A stretch of 64,000 bases of DNA from a virus. The DNA is taken from IMG/VR virus record IMGVR_UViG_3300040801_000976, positions 32,001-96,000 of that record. One strand, given 5' to 3'. Under the pieces are notes generated by a model. That model searched no databases, was not told the origin of the DNA, and saw only the letters and a program-made list of their open reading frames with translations. Position 1 is the first letter of the stretch, and every line of letters starts with the position of its first letter. Below are positions 29,101 through 37,033 of this stretch, piece by piece. Position numbers and translations under genes: made by a program.

Positions 29101-31782
29101 TTGTTGTATGCTCCTGTACCATTTCAGGAAAGAAATAAGTATTTATCTTTTCTATCTCCTGATATAATGATGGATGGAGCTAGATTTGCTTCTAGGTTTG
29201 TTTCATCCAATTCTTATGGATTACATGTGACTAAAGATTATCTGGGCCAACATATAGCTTATGACACCGGATACATATTAAAACAACCGGCCGCAAACCC
29301 AGGAGAAAGGTATGGCAGGATAGCATATCCGTCCGGTATTATTCAGGCACCAGAAGGGGATGTATATTTATCCTCACCTACAATAACGTTCGTGGGTGAC
29401 TCTTATCGAAGTTTGTCTGACAGGTCTTTTACTTCAAGGATCGACAGACAACTAGCACTAATGGCTCCTTTTAAGCTTGGTGGTAATAGTCCAAAAGTAG
29501 GAGGTACTAATCCTATAGTATATACTCTAAACGGTGCTAAAAGTAGTTTTTTCGGCTTTCTTGGCACGGTAAAAAGTGATGTGGATTACAGCAAAAGAAC
29601 GCACTTCTACTATGATGACGCTATAGAACTGAGTACTGGTTACGAGTTAGATACAGAGGATTTGGCTAATCAGAACGAGAGGATACTTTTATCAAATGTG
29701 GCATATTCGCCGTATTTGGGTATAGAAGTTGGTAGTGCTTCCTCCATAAATCAAATTGTAGATAATTTAAATCCGCCCACAGTAGAAGAAGGCGGTTTGC
29801 CTCGGGTAAATTATGTATTTAATAATCCTGACATTACCACGGGAGCTTTAGCAGATTATTCACAATTACCGGTATCGAACACTACTGTTCTCGGGGTTAT
29901 AGGTAGAATTTACTCTAGTAGTAATGGGAAGAAATTATCCAACGAAGCTTGGGAAAGTAGGTATTCCTCCGAAAGAAGTGATGGCTATTTTGCTATATCA
30001 CAAAGGTATAAAATTGACGAACCTCTAGATGATAAAAGTATGACTGGTGGGGATGCTTATGTTGGTTATTTTTACCACAGATTATTTAGACCCGGAGGTG
30101 TTGAAGGAGCTCCAACAGCATCCAATCCACAGGATTATAAGAATGATGATGGTTCCGGTCGTGAGGGTACGGGATTAACTAACGCAGGTTATGGTGTGTG
30201 TTTTCCCGTGAGGTCTAGTTATAACTTTGCTCTACGTGCTTTAGATAAAGTATCTGACGAGGAATATGCTATACACAGGTCGGAGAGAACTTATCTATCT
30301 GATAAGAATCGAGATAAGATACGCGGAAATATGCAAGCAGAAACACTAACCTCTAATTACGGTAATTATATTGAGAATTCAATTGTTAAAAAATCTCAAT
30401 ACAACAACTCTATACCTTTCAATCAAGTAAACCAACCAAACAGGGTTTATATATCTTCCGCAGATATAACGAGTGAGTTTGAAAATGGTTATAGAGATTT
30501 TAGGGGTTTTAATTTTAGGGACTATGAAAATAAGTTGGGTCCTTTAACCAAGATTGAGTCAAATGGTATACTCACATACTTAATATTCATAAGCGGAGTT
30601 GCTGTAATAGAAGTTTCTGAAAGAGCCGCAATACAGTCTGAGCAAGGTAATAACGTTTACATGGCTAATGCAGCCGTTTTACCAGATAAAGCCAATACTG
30701 TTTTATCGTTTATAGGATCAAAATATCTTAAATCAGTGGTATCAACCAACTATGGTATATATGGTGTGGATACGGATAAAAAGAAAATATGGCAGATACT
30801 AGGTTCACAGCCGAAAATAATATCTGACAGTCGTGTACAATCTATAATAAATCCTTGGTTTACAGATGAGTTAACAAACATTTACTCAAGTCATAACTCT
30901 ATAACCGACGAGGTTAAGTTTGTTTTTGAGTATTCAGATAATTCATATAATACTATATGGTACAACAGTAAATTAGATACGTGGTATGGTACTTCAGATT
31001 TTAGTCCTATTTATCAATTTGCAGTGGCAAATAAGCATTATAATGTTGAAAAGGTAGGTACAGACACTTTTAAGTTTTTGAACACGGATAATAGTCTTAA
31101 AACGCTTTCTTTTTACGAAGATGCCTATCATAAGTTTAACGCCAGTTTTGAGTTTGTTATTCGAGATGAGTCAGGTTTAAGGTTTATGTTAGATAATCTC
31201 GTCGTTAATGGTGAGTGTGTGCCTGATTCTATAGATATCGTACCACAATCATATGCACCTTATTCGGTAGATAAAATGAATGTAACGGGATTTTCCGGTA
31301 TACCTTGTCATACTAACTCTTATGTAGCTGATACAACATCTATAACAGTGGTAGACGATTATACTATATCTGCAAACTTTGTTAGAGAATTTAAAGTCGG
31401 TGACTTAATCACATTGAAGGTGGATGATGTATTAAAACAGTTTATAGTTTCCAAGGTAACTATGGCTGGTAGTACTTCTACTATAGTGTTAAATAAAGAA
31501 GTTGGTGCAACGTCTAGTGTTACTGAATCCTACTTTGGTTGGAGAATACCTTTGAGATTAAGTCTTATGGAATACTATGAAGATACATTGAAGGTAAGTA
31601 TACCAACTAAACAGTTTGCGGAACTTCTTAGCGGTGTCACCATCGACAAGAATACTTCTAGAACAAATCAAGATAATGCTAGACCTTCTGGCAGGTGGAT
31701 AAAAGTGAAATTTAACTTTGAAGGAATAGATCCCGTGTACATAAACTCGATTATTTCCTCAATTAATTTTACTTATTCATAA
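26122..31782 (+). CDS. Tail stabilisation/muzzle protein (Tstab-like)
   Basis: NSFNQG.NSD N-terminus, YYKLGY.PGE.Y, GGDAY, NGYRDF, GIYGVD..KKIW and C-terminal RWIKV motifs. Confidence 0.7.
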   Translation: MTKKAVINSFNQGVNSDISEENFSTQSLISGHNIKITSNDDKQFILQKEEGRIEEIDAFPSGVVPLAVKEFNDVAYLVNYNKNTNKVEYGMYPSVYPGGSLITEIDGATMPVINTELLDVRISEVTEIPESPDSHFSFKITNHSDLTVTIKINSNLAFRDGTVNSNDYTAYVNLASGSYKTYYLRPGLGTQIQEDPRGFGGIETDTPKLQVSVTNVLGNYRFIRYVADEVDLVNNFAPDDFYYVNIADYAVSGMFEEENDIEFRGSEVTRNIWSGVDLTAIDGMVFRAFNDNGHQIGVKTIEGGWSSGDNDNYTISLGSSVDSFKIDLNTDTNSLLIYDFPEGVRYIQVENINNQFPEDVYSYISLSTTATTPLGIYDGLNRQLVTLDFDTVSTLYRLTENRYIDLSAVLGNNSKIRFSVEDSISVYREDPADESNFSLFRDSEVSDTRYIKVICLLDGSDAVSFTALRLRELQDEYPIIYEYNPFINFYDGDTSSGDLTTQNYSDFFATDKIEYNSESVVDLEVQSSYDGSVNLISASKGTAPRIVNSRTQIDVVEGSGTLIMRNGNNLDNVYSDDTIEKTRLIPYLGETVVDLSFEGVIPNSGNLAAGGYKYYFKLMTGDGTESEIVEQSRLVSVHIGEKFGNSHSALDGRNTGKSVRFKISNIDNKSFRFLSVYYTITTGETDTPSVTGYKINRKYEINTDTAECFVEHTGDEDVDQIDVTELQVEYTPIVSAEAVNQQNSRLLLGNTVVKNIYSDTLKKAALSCYPSSGSNIINVVSQRLELPGFFTVENTYASPDNIYYKLGYLPGETYELAINYVFDTGNVSPSYPIQGFDFTRDGEVLDSSYLSKDFGWLPSGQNSKGVIRTEDKTIGDAVPSTYKLNCYTIGINTQSMVDNFTDDLKDLGVVGYFISRRKRKPDMLMEGLISLTATAPKSPSSNIESNVFTSGEYLGVGCDPERVGSRYVIFPTPGNVMNFSTEDIIWSNQPFDALLYAPVPFQERNKYLSFLSPDIMMDGARFASRFVSSNSYGLHVTKDYLGQHIAYDTGYILKQPAANPGERYGRIAYPSGIIQAPEGDVYLSSPTITFVGDSYRSLSDRSFTSRIDRQLALMAPFKLGGNSPKVGGTNPIVYTLNGAKSSFFGFLGTVKSDVDYSKRTHFYYDDAIELSTGYELDTEDLANQNERILLSNVAYSPYLGIEVGSASSINQIVDNLNPPTVEEGGLPRVNYVFNNPDITTGALADYSQLPVSNTTVLGVIGRIYSSSNGKKLSNEAWESRYSSERSDGYFAISQRYKIDEPLDDKSMTGGDAYVGYFYHRLFRPGGVEGAPTASNPQDYKNDDGSGREGTGLTNAGYGVCFPVRSSYNFALRALDKVSDEEYAIHRSERTYLSDKNRDKIRGNMQAETLTSNYGNYIENSIVKKSQYNNSIPFNQVNQPNRVYISSADITSEFENGYRDFRGFNFRDYENKLGPLTKIESNGILTYLIFISGVAVIEVSERAAIQSEQGNNVYMANAAVLPDKANTVLSFIGSKYLKSVVSTNYGIYGVDTDKKKIWQILGSQPKIISDSRVQSIINPWFTDELTNIYSSHNSITDEVKFVFEYSDNSYNTIWYNSKLDTWYGTSDFSPIYQFAVANKHYNVEKVGTDTFKFLNTDNSLKTLSFYEDAYHKFNASFEFVIRDESGLRFMLDNLVVNGECVPDSIDIVPQSYAPYSVDKMNVTGFSGIPCHTNSYVADTTSITVVDDYTISANFVREFKVGDLITLKVDDVLKQFIVSKVTMAGSTSTIVLNKEVGATSSVTESYFGWRIPLRLSLMEYYEDTLKVSIPTKQFAELLSGVTIDKNTSRTNQDNARPSGRWIKVKFNFEGIDPVYINSIISSINFTYS

Positions 31783-31783
31783 T

Positions 31784-31799
31784 TTTTTACTATAATACT
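31784..31799 (+). promoter_or_regulatory. Putative late promoter motif TTTTTACTATAATACT, copy 3
   Basis: Intergenic; TATAAT (31791-31796) ends 7 nt before the A of the ATG at 31803. Confidence 0.65.
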
Positions 31800-31802
31800 A
31801 AT

Positions 31803-32843
31803 ATGAAAAAACCTTATTTATTAATGAAGAAAGGTCCGAGAGGCGTACTTAAGGGTCAAGAGGGCCTTCTTCTTTCAAACTATGATACCAATAAGGCGAT
31901 GAAGCAGGCTTGGGACAGCTCATTTAGTGGCAGTGCTTTTGGGGGGCGGAAACCCGGGTTTACTACAGATTTATATAGTGGTGATATAACCGATGGTGTA
32001 ACTAATGGTGTAACTGACATTGTTGAAGAACAGTCCAAAGGATTATCACCTACCACTAAAGCCGGCCTTTATTCTGCAGGAGCAAACCTAGTTAACATGA
32101 CGGGACAGTCACTTATTGAGAGAAATAGCAACGATAGAGTCGATTCTTTTGGTTCTGTGAATCCAGACGAATCCGCTATTAAAAAATCTGCTGCACTACA
32201 AGGAGCTTCAACAGGAGCAGGGGTGGGCGCCACTATAGGTACCTTAATTCCTATACCAGGAGTTGGTACGGCAGTAGGTGCGGGTGTTGGAGCTTTAGTC
32301 GGCGGTGTCGCAGGTTTATTATCAGGTTCCAACAAAGCATCTAAGGCCCGTAAAGATTATCAAACCAATAGGACTGCTAATTTACGTGCCGCTAACAGGG
32401 CGAGGGATGCGAGGGATGCAGCTTCTATCTATGGTTATGCGAAAAGTGGTACCAAAACTACAACCTACGGATCATTTAAAACACCGATTGGAAAAGGTAA
32501 TAAAATAACACCAATATTCAAGTCGGGTGGTAAATTAGAATCACCCGGTAAAGTAAATATTATACCTAAAGGTAAATTACATAAAGAGAATAATAACCTA
32601 GGTAATAAAGATAAAGGTATTCCCGTAGTTTCTAAAGATGGTACAAAGGAATACGAACTTGAGAAGGATGAGTTAGTTCTACGACTAGAGGCCACCAACA
32701 AAATTGAAGAGTTGGTGTCTAATTATAATAAAAGTAGTGATGATGATATTTTAGAGGAGTTGGGTAAATATATAACCGATGAACTTAAAAATAATACACA
32801 CTCCTACAGCAAGAAATACAGTCGTATAAAGATTAAAAAATGA
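31803..32843 (+). CDS. Cargo (ejection) protein with a glycine-zipper membrane hairpin
   Basis: GAGVGATIGTLIPIPGVGTAVGAGVGALVGGVAGLL; first gene after the muzzle gene. Confidence 0.6.
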   Translation: MKKPYLLMKKGPRGVLKGQEGLLLSNYDTNKAMKQAWDSSFSGSAFGGRKPGFTTDLYSGDITDGVTNGVTDIVEEQSKGLSPTTKAGLYSAGANLVNMTGQSLIERNSNDRVDSFGSVNPDESAIKKSAALQGASTGAGVGATIGTLIPIPGVGTAVGAGVGALVGGVAGLLSGSNKASKARKDYQTNRTANLRAANRARDARDAASIYGYAKSGTKTTTYGSFKTPIGKGNKITPIFKSGGKLESPGKVNIIPKGKLHKENNNLGNKDKGIPVVSKDGTKEYELEKDELVLRLEATNKIEELVSNYNKSSDDDILEELGKYITDELKNNTHSYSKKYSRIKIKK

Positions 32844-33418
32844 AGGTAAAGATAGGCGAAAGCGAGTTTAAAGTTGTTGTAGCTGATACAGACGAGAAGC
32901 GTGAGGTTGGTTTATCTACTTTAGATAAATTACCAAAAAAACATGGTTTATACATGAAGTTTGATAATGCCACGCGAATCCCGATTACTACTGAAAAAAT
33001 GAAATTCCCGTTGGATGTTTTATTTATTAAGGACAGTAAGATACAAAAGATTGTTCCTATGGAAGTAGGTAAAACAACCTCAATAGGAAAAGATTCCGAC
33101 GCTGTGTTGGAAGTGAATATGGGGGAGGGTGGTAAGTTTCGAACTAATCAAAGGATAGAACTAATAGGATCTAAAGAAGAAGACGGTTCTATAAGTATTG
33201 TGGAAGGAGAAATAAAAGCTTCTGGAAATAGACATCTTTTGGACGATAATGGTAAAGTCCAGATGAATTTACTTGGTGAGGAGAGAATTCTTTCTAGAAA
33301 AGATACAGAAAAATTATTGACGTTAGCTAAAAAGAAAGATTACAAAAAACTAGGTAGGTTTTTAGTTAATGTTATAAATAAGCAAGACAGCCAAGAACCT
33401 GAATTTTCAAATAACTAA
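32840..33418 (+). CDS. DUF192-domain protein fused to a cargo-type C-terminal domain
   Basis: VADT...R..GL, MKFPLDVLFI and VLEVN.G DUF192 signature. Confidence 0.7.
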   Translation: MKVKIGESEFKVVVADTDEKREVGLSTLDKLPKKHGLYMKFDNATRIPITTEKMKFPLDVLFIKDSKIQKIVPMEVGKTTSIGKDSDAVLEVNMGEGGKFRTNQRIELIGSKEEDGSISIVEGEIKASGNRHLLDDNGKVQMNLLGEERILSRKDTEKLLTLAKKKDYKKLGRFLVNVINKQDSQEPEFSNN

Positions 33419-33420
33419 TA

Positions 33421-34071
33421 ATGCCTAAGTACAAAGAATTATTCGACATATTTTATGCAGAGAACCCCGAATACACATTACCCAAAAAGGATAATACTGA
33501 GGTTATTACACCTGGTAAATTAACTAAAAAAGACGAAGACTACGAGTTTGACTGGAAAATTAAAGATGAAGAAAGTAGTGATGACGACACTTTTATATCA
33601 AGAGATTTAAGGTGGAACGATAAAGTATCTAGAAACGCTTTACTTGACGCACAGTTGTACCACGAATCGAGGTTTAATCCTACTGCTGTATCACCAGCAG
33701 GTGCCCAAGGCATTGCGCAGTTTATGCCTGAATCTTGGGTAGATGCGATTAATAGGGGATGGGTGTCGCCTGATTCTACTCCATTCGACCAAGAGGAATC
33801 TATTAAAGCTCAGAGTAAATATATGGATTGGGCTTATAATCTCGGTGAAGTGAAAGCTGCAACTACTGAAGAAGAAAGACTTGCTAGAGCATTAGCTGTA
33901 TATAATTACGGTATAGGTAACTTTAGAAAAACATTAAACAGATCTTTCGAAGAAAGCAGGGATTGGAAAGAACTAATTCCTAATGAAACTAAAAAATATA
34001 TTAAAGACATCTTAAACGATACAAGGCAGTATATTTCTTCTGGAAATTATCAGCCTAAATTTAACAGATAA
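33421..34071 (+). CDS. Lytic transglycosylase (SLT domain), probably virion-associated
   Basis: HESRFNPTAVSPAGAQGIAQFMP, LAVYNYG and ETKKYI motifs. Confidence 0.9.
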   Translation: MPKYKELFDIFYAENPEYTLPKKDNTEVITPGKLTKKDEDYEFDWKIKDEESSDDDTFISRDLRWNDKVSRNALLDAQLYHESRFNPTAVSPAGAQGIAQFMPESWVDAINRGWVSPDSTPFDQEESIKAQSKYMDWAYNLGEVKAATTEEERLARALAVYNYGIGNFRKTLNRSFEESRDWKELIPNETKKYIKDILNDTRQYISSGNYQPKFNR

Positions 34072-34093
34072 CAATTAAATTATTTACAAAACT

Positions 34094-34417
34094 ATGAATT
34101 CAAAAAAAGATTGGTTAAATACCTACGGCAATAAGTCGGTACGAAAATTTCAAATGGGTGGTCCTATGGAGGGCGGAGATATGACAGGAGCAGGTCCTCA
34201 AGCAGGTGCTGCACCAGAAGCCCCGGGCGGTAATTTAGACGCAATGTTAGCAGAATATGCTCAGTCTAGAGACCCTCAATTAGCGGTTCAAATTTGTGAC
34301 ATGCTGGTTGAACTCATTGCTTCACAAGGTGGTGGTGCAGGAGCTCCGGCCGAAGGTCCTGCGATGGCAAGGAACGGAGCTAAGATGTCAAAGAAAGCAC
34401 CTGTATTTAGAGCTTAG
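34094..34417 (+). CDS. Small cargo/internal virion protein
   Basis: KFQMGG and ARNG motifs flank a short helical core with Gly/Ala/Pro linkers. Confidence 0.6.
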   Translation: MNSKKDWLNTYGNKSVRKFQMGGPMEGGDMTGAGPQAGAAPEAPGGNLDAMLAEYAQSRDPQLAVQICDMLVELIASQGGGAGAPAEGPAMARNGAKMSKKAPVFRA

Positions 34418-34434
34418 AAATATTTTATAAGTGT

Positions 34435-34467
34435 CAAGGTTTAGGTAGTTTGACTACCTAAGCTTTG
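34435..34467 (+). other. 15-bp intergenic hairpin (terminator or mRNA stabiliser)
   Basis: CAAGGTTTAGGTAGT-ttg-ACTACCTAAGCTTTG; poor U tract. Confidence 0.6.
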
Positions 34468-34495
34468 GTTAATTTAATAAAGGAAACATTTAATT

Positions 34496-35707
34496 ATGCC
34501 AATATTGAGAAATAAACAAAAGGCTAGAGAACAGGCTAAGGCGTTGCAAGAAAAAGGCTATACAATATCCTACGGTGATGATCCTTCTACCTACCAAATA
34601 CTAGATAAATCTGGTAATGTGGTTGGTTTTACTGGAGGAGAATCGGGATTAGATGTTGGAGGTCTAGCTGAAGGCTCTGGTTTGTTTCCTGGTAAGAGAC
34701 GATATAAGAAACTAACAGGTAAGGCGATAGAAGGTATTTTACCAAAATATAAAACATCTACTAAACCAAAGATTGACGATACTGATATTGATCCAGCTCA
34801 GAAAGGTGGTAAAGAAGACTTGGAAGGCGATAAACCTGAATATATCAAAGACTTCGAAGAGAGGTTAAAGAATATCGAATCTTCTGTAGAGTCTACTTCT
34901 ACAAATAAAGCCAAAACTGTTTCTTCTGAAGTAATAGGTAAGGATTTTACACCAGCAGAGAGTGCATCGAGAGAAGATTATTTTCTGCACCCTTTAAATA
35001 AGAGTGAAAACGCGAAGGGTAGTCAAAATACAGTTGAAGTACAGTCCGGAGGATTTAACGAGGAATCGTTTTACACAGTTACAGGTAAATTCAGACCTTC
35101 GATAGAGGATTTCTTTTCTGCTTATAATTCTGGCAAAGATTACTTACGTGTTGGAGATAAGGTGTTTGATGTAAATGAGTCAATACAATCTCTACAAGGC
35201 GGTAACGATCCAGTAAGGATTAATACCTTTGTCAACGAAAAAGTATTTACTTCTGATGAACTAAATGCTGCTGAAGCTTTAGATGCTAAAAGAAAGGGTA
35301 TTAGGTACTACAAGGTTGGCAACGAAATGTATGATTTATCAACTATTGATGATTTCACAGACCCAGCTTCTTGGTCATCAACCCCAGCACAACCGACCTC
35401 TAGAAATATTTCTGTCCCATCAATAGGTAGGCATGCAATAAATGCTGTATTACCCGGCGGTGGTTATATAACTAAGGTGTTGGATGCAGTATTATGGGGT
35501 AGAAATAGAATGGTTGGAGATAGACTTATTGAACGTACACCAGATATTCAACCATCTGTTGCAGGTAAAAATCTTACCGAGGCAATTAATCCTGTAGAAA
35601 ATACTGTACCACCGTCCACAAGACCAGAGGGTGGGAGAACAAGAGAAGGGTATGAGGTACGTCCTTCCATAGTAGAAAATATTGTATTACAAAACTTAAA
35701 CCGATAG
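34496..35707 (+). CDS. Putative cargo protein
   Basis: Cys-free, contains AQKGG, located in the cargo block. Confidence 0.5.
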   Translation: MPILRNKQKAREQAKALQEKGYTISYGDDPSTYQILDKSGNVVGFTGGESGLDVGGLAEGSGLFPGKRRYKKLTGKAIEGILPKYKTSTKPKIDDTDIDPAQKGGKEDLEGDKPEYIKDFEERLKNIESSVESTSTNKAKTVSSEVIGKDFTPAESASREDYFLHPLNKSENAKGSQNTVEVQSGGFNEESFYTVTGKFRPSIEDFFSAYNSGKDYLRVGDKVFDVNESIQSLQGGNDPVRINTFVNEKVFTSDELNAAEALDAKRKGIRYYKVGNEMYDLSTIDDFTDPASWSSTPAQPTSRNISVPSIGRHAINAVLPGGGYITKVLDAVLWGRNRMVGDRLIERTPDIQPSVAGKNLTEAINPVENTVPPSTRPEGGRTREGYEVRPSIVENIVLQNLNR

Positions 35708-35708
35708 T

Positions 35709-36950
35709 ATGGGATATTTATATAGGAAACCTAGAAAATACCAGACTGCGGGGAAAACCTCTCCTTACGGTGAATATTACACCATAGATCCTAAGGTATC
35801 TAAAGCAATTATGTATGGCTCCGATGAATTTGGTTATACACCGTCTGCTATAAGTCCTTATTTGGGTGGGGGTCAGGTTAACAGGGATTTAACACTAAGT
35901 AAGCGTAGAATACCTGAATATACAGATATACAGAAGGCACCTAGGTTGTCTGCGGTGGGCGCGGTACCCTCGATCCCAACTGATCCCGAAGAATCCTATA
36001 CGCTTGGTACCCCTACCAGAGTAGAACGTATGGCGCCTAGGGAACAATCTCCGGTTGGAACTCCAGAATTAACTATCAAACCAAGACCGTATCCTCGCGG
36101 AGATACTTTATTTGAATCTAATAATGATACTGAGTTTAAATCCCAAAAGGATGGTTTATTTGGATCATTAGAGGGTAATGAGTTAGCTCTAGGTGCTTTA
36201 GCCAAAGCAGGACTTAATTTATCTAATGTTGTTATGAACAGAATGAAGATTGAGAAAGCCGTTGATAGAGCTAGGGATAGAATTGTTCCTAGAGTTGAAG
36301 CTGAGGTTAGGGAGATTAGACCTGTTCAGGATATACCAGAAGAAGTTTTACAAGAACGCAAAGAACAAATAAGTAATATTAAAAGTGGTTACAGAGGATC
36401 GGATGTAGTTTCTGATATATTAAGTAAAGCAATTACCTCTGACCAAAAAGAAAACTTGATGCAACAATTAGGTGCTGAAAGGGCTGCACACCTTACTTCA
36501 GAAAGAAATAGAGTTTCTGAACAACGTGGACAGAATCAAATAGCTCAAACAAGAGCCAGAAATATGTCTGCTGCCCAAGGTGCTGCTGAAAGTGCTAGAA
36601 TAAGAGGTGTAGATGTACAGAAAGAAGAAGCTCTGAGAGATTTATACTCTAAAGCTATAAATGAGACAGTTAAGTCTATTGACTCAGCTGCCGCATATAA
36701 TATAAGTAAAGATTTAAAAGAAAGTGATTCCGCATTAAAGTCTATAGATAATGATGTGAATACTATTTTATACCAACTGGCTTTAGATCCAGACTATAAA
36801 ACTAAAAAACAACTAAACAACCTACTAGCAATTAAAAGGGGGGAGAGGCAGCAAATTGTGGACGAAGCTTTACCTTCCTATAGTGAATTTCTAGGAGGTG
36901 GTTTAAAAATTCGTTTTAAAAAAGGTGGTAAGTTATTACCCAAAAAATAA
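35709..36950 (+). CDS. Putative cargo protein with a coiled-coil C-terminal half
   Basis: N-terminal KYQTAG and C-terminal FKKGGKL; Cys-free. Confidence 0.55.
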   Translation: MGYLYRKPRKYQTAGKTSPYGEYYTIDPKVSKAIMYGSDEFGYTPSAISPYLGGGQVNRDLTLSKRRIPEYTDIQKAPRLSAVGAVPSIPTDPEESYTLGTPTRVERMAPREQSPVGTPELTIKPRPYPRGDTLFESNNDTEFKSQKDGLFGSLEGNELALGALAKAGLNLSNVVMNRMKIEKAVDRARDRIVPRVEAEVREIRPVQDIPEEVLQERKEQISNIKSGYRGSDVVSDILSKAITSDQKENLMQQLGAERAAHLTSERNRVSEQRGQNQIAQTRARNMSAAQGAAESARIRGVDVQKEEALRDLYSKAINETVKSIDSAAAYNISKDLKESDSALKSIDNDVNTILYQLALDPDYKTKKQLNNLLAIKRGERQQIVDEALPSYSEFLGGGLKIRFKKGGKLLPKK

Positions 36951-36956
36951 CTTTAG

Positions 36957-36987
36957 AACCCCTCGCCGCCTGGTGCGGGGTTTTTTT
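36957..36987 (+). terminator. Rho-independent terminator
   Basis: AACCCCtCGCC-gcct-GGTGcGGGG followed by T7. Confidence 0.75.
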
Positions 36988-37033
36988 CTGTCTTGATAAT
37001 AATATTAGTGAAAAACTAACAAAATATACATAT

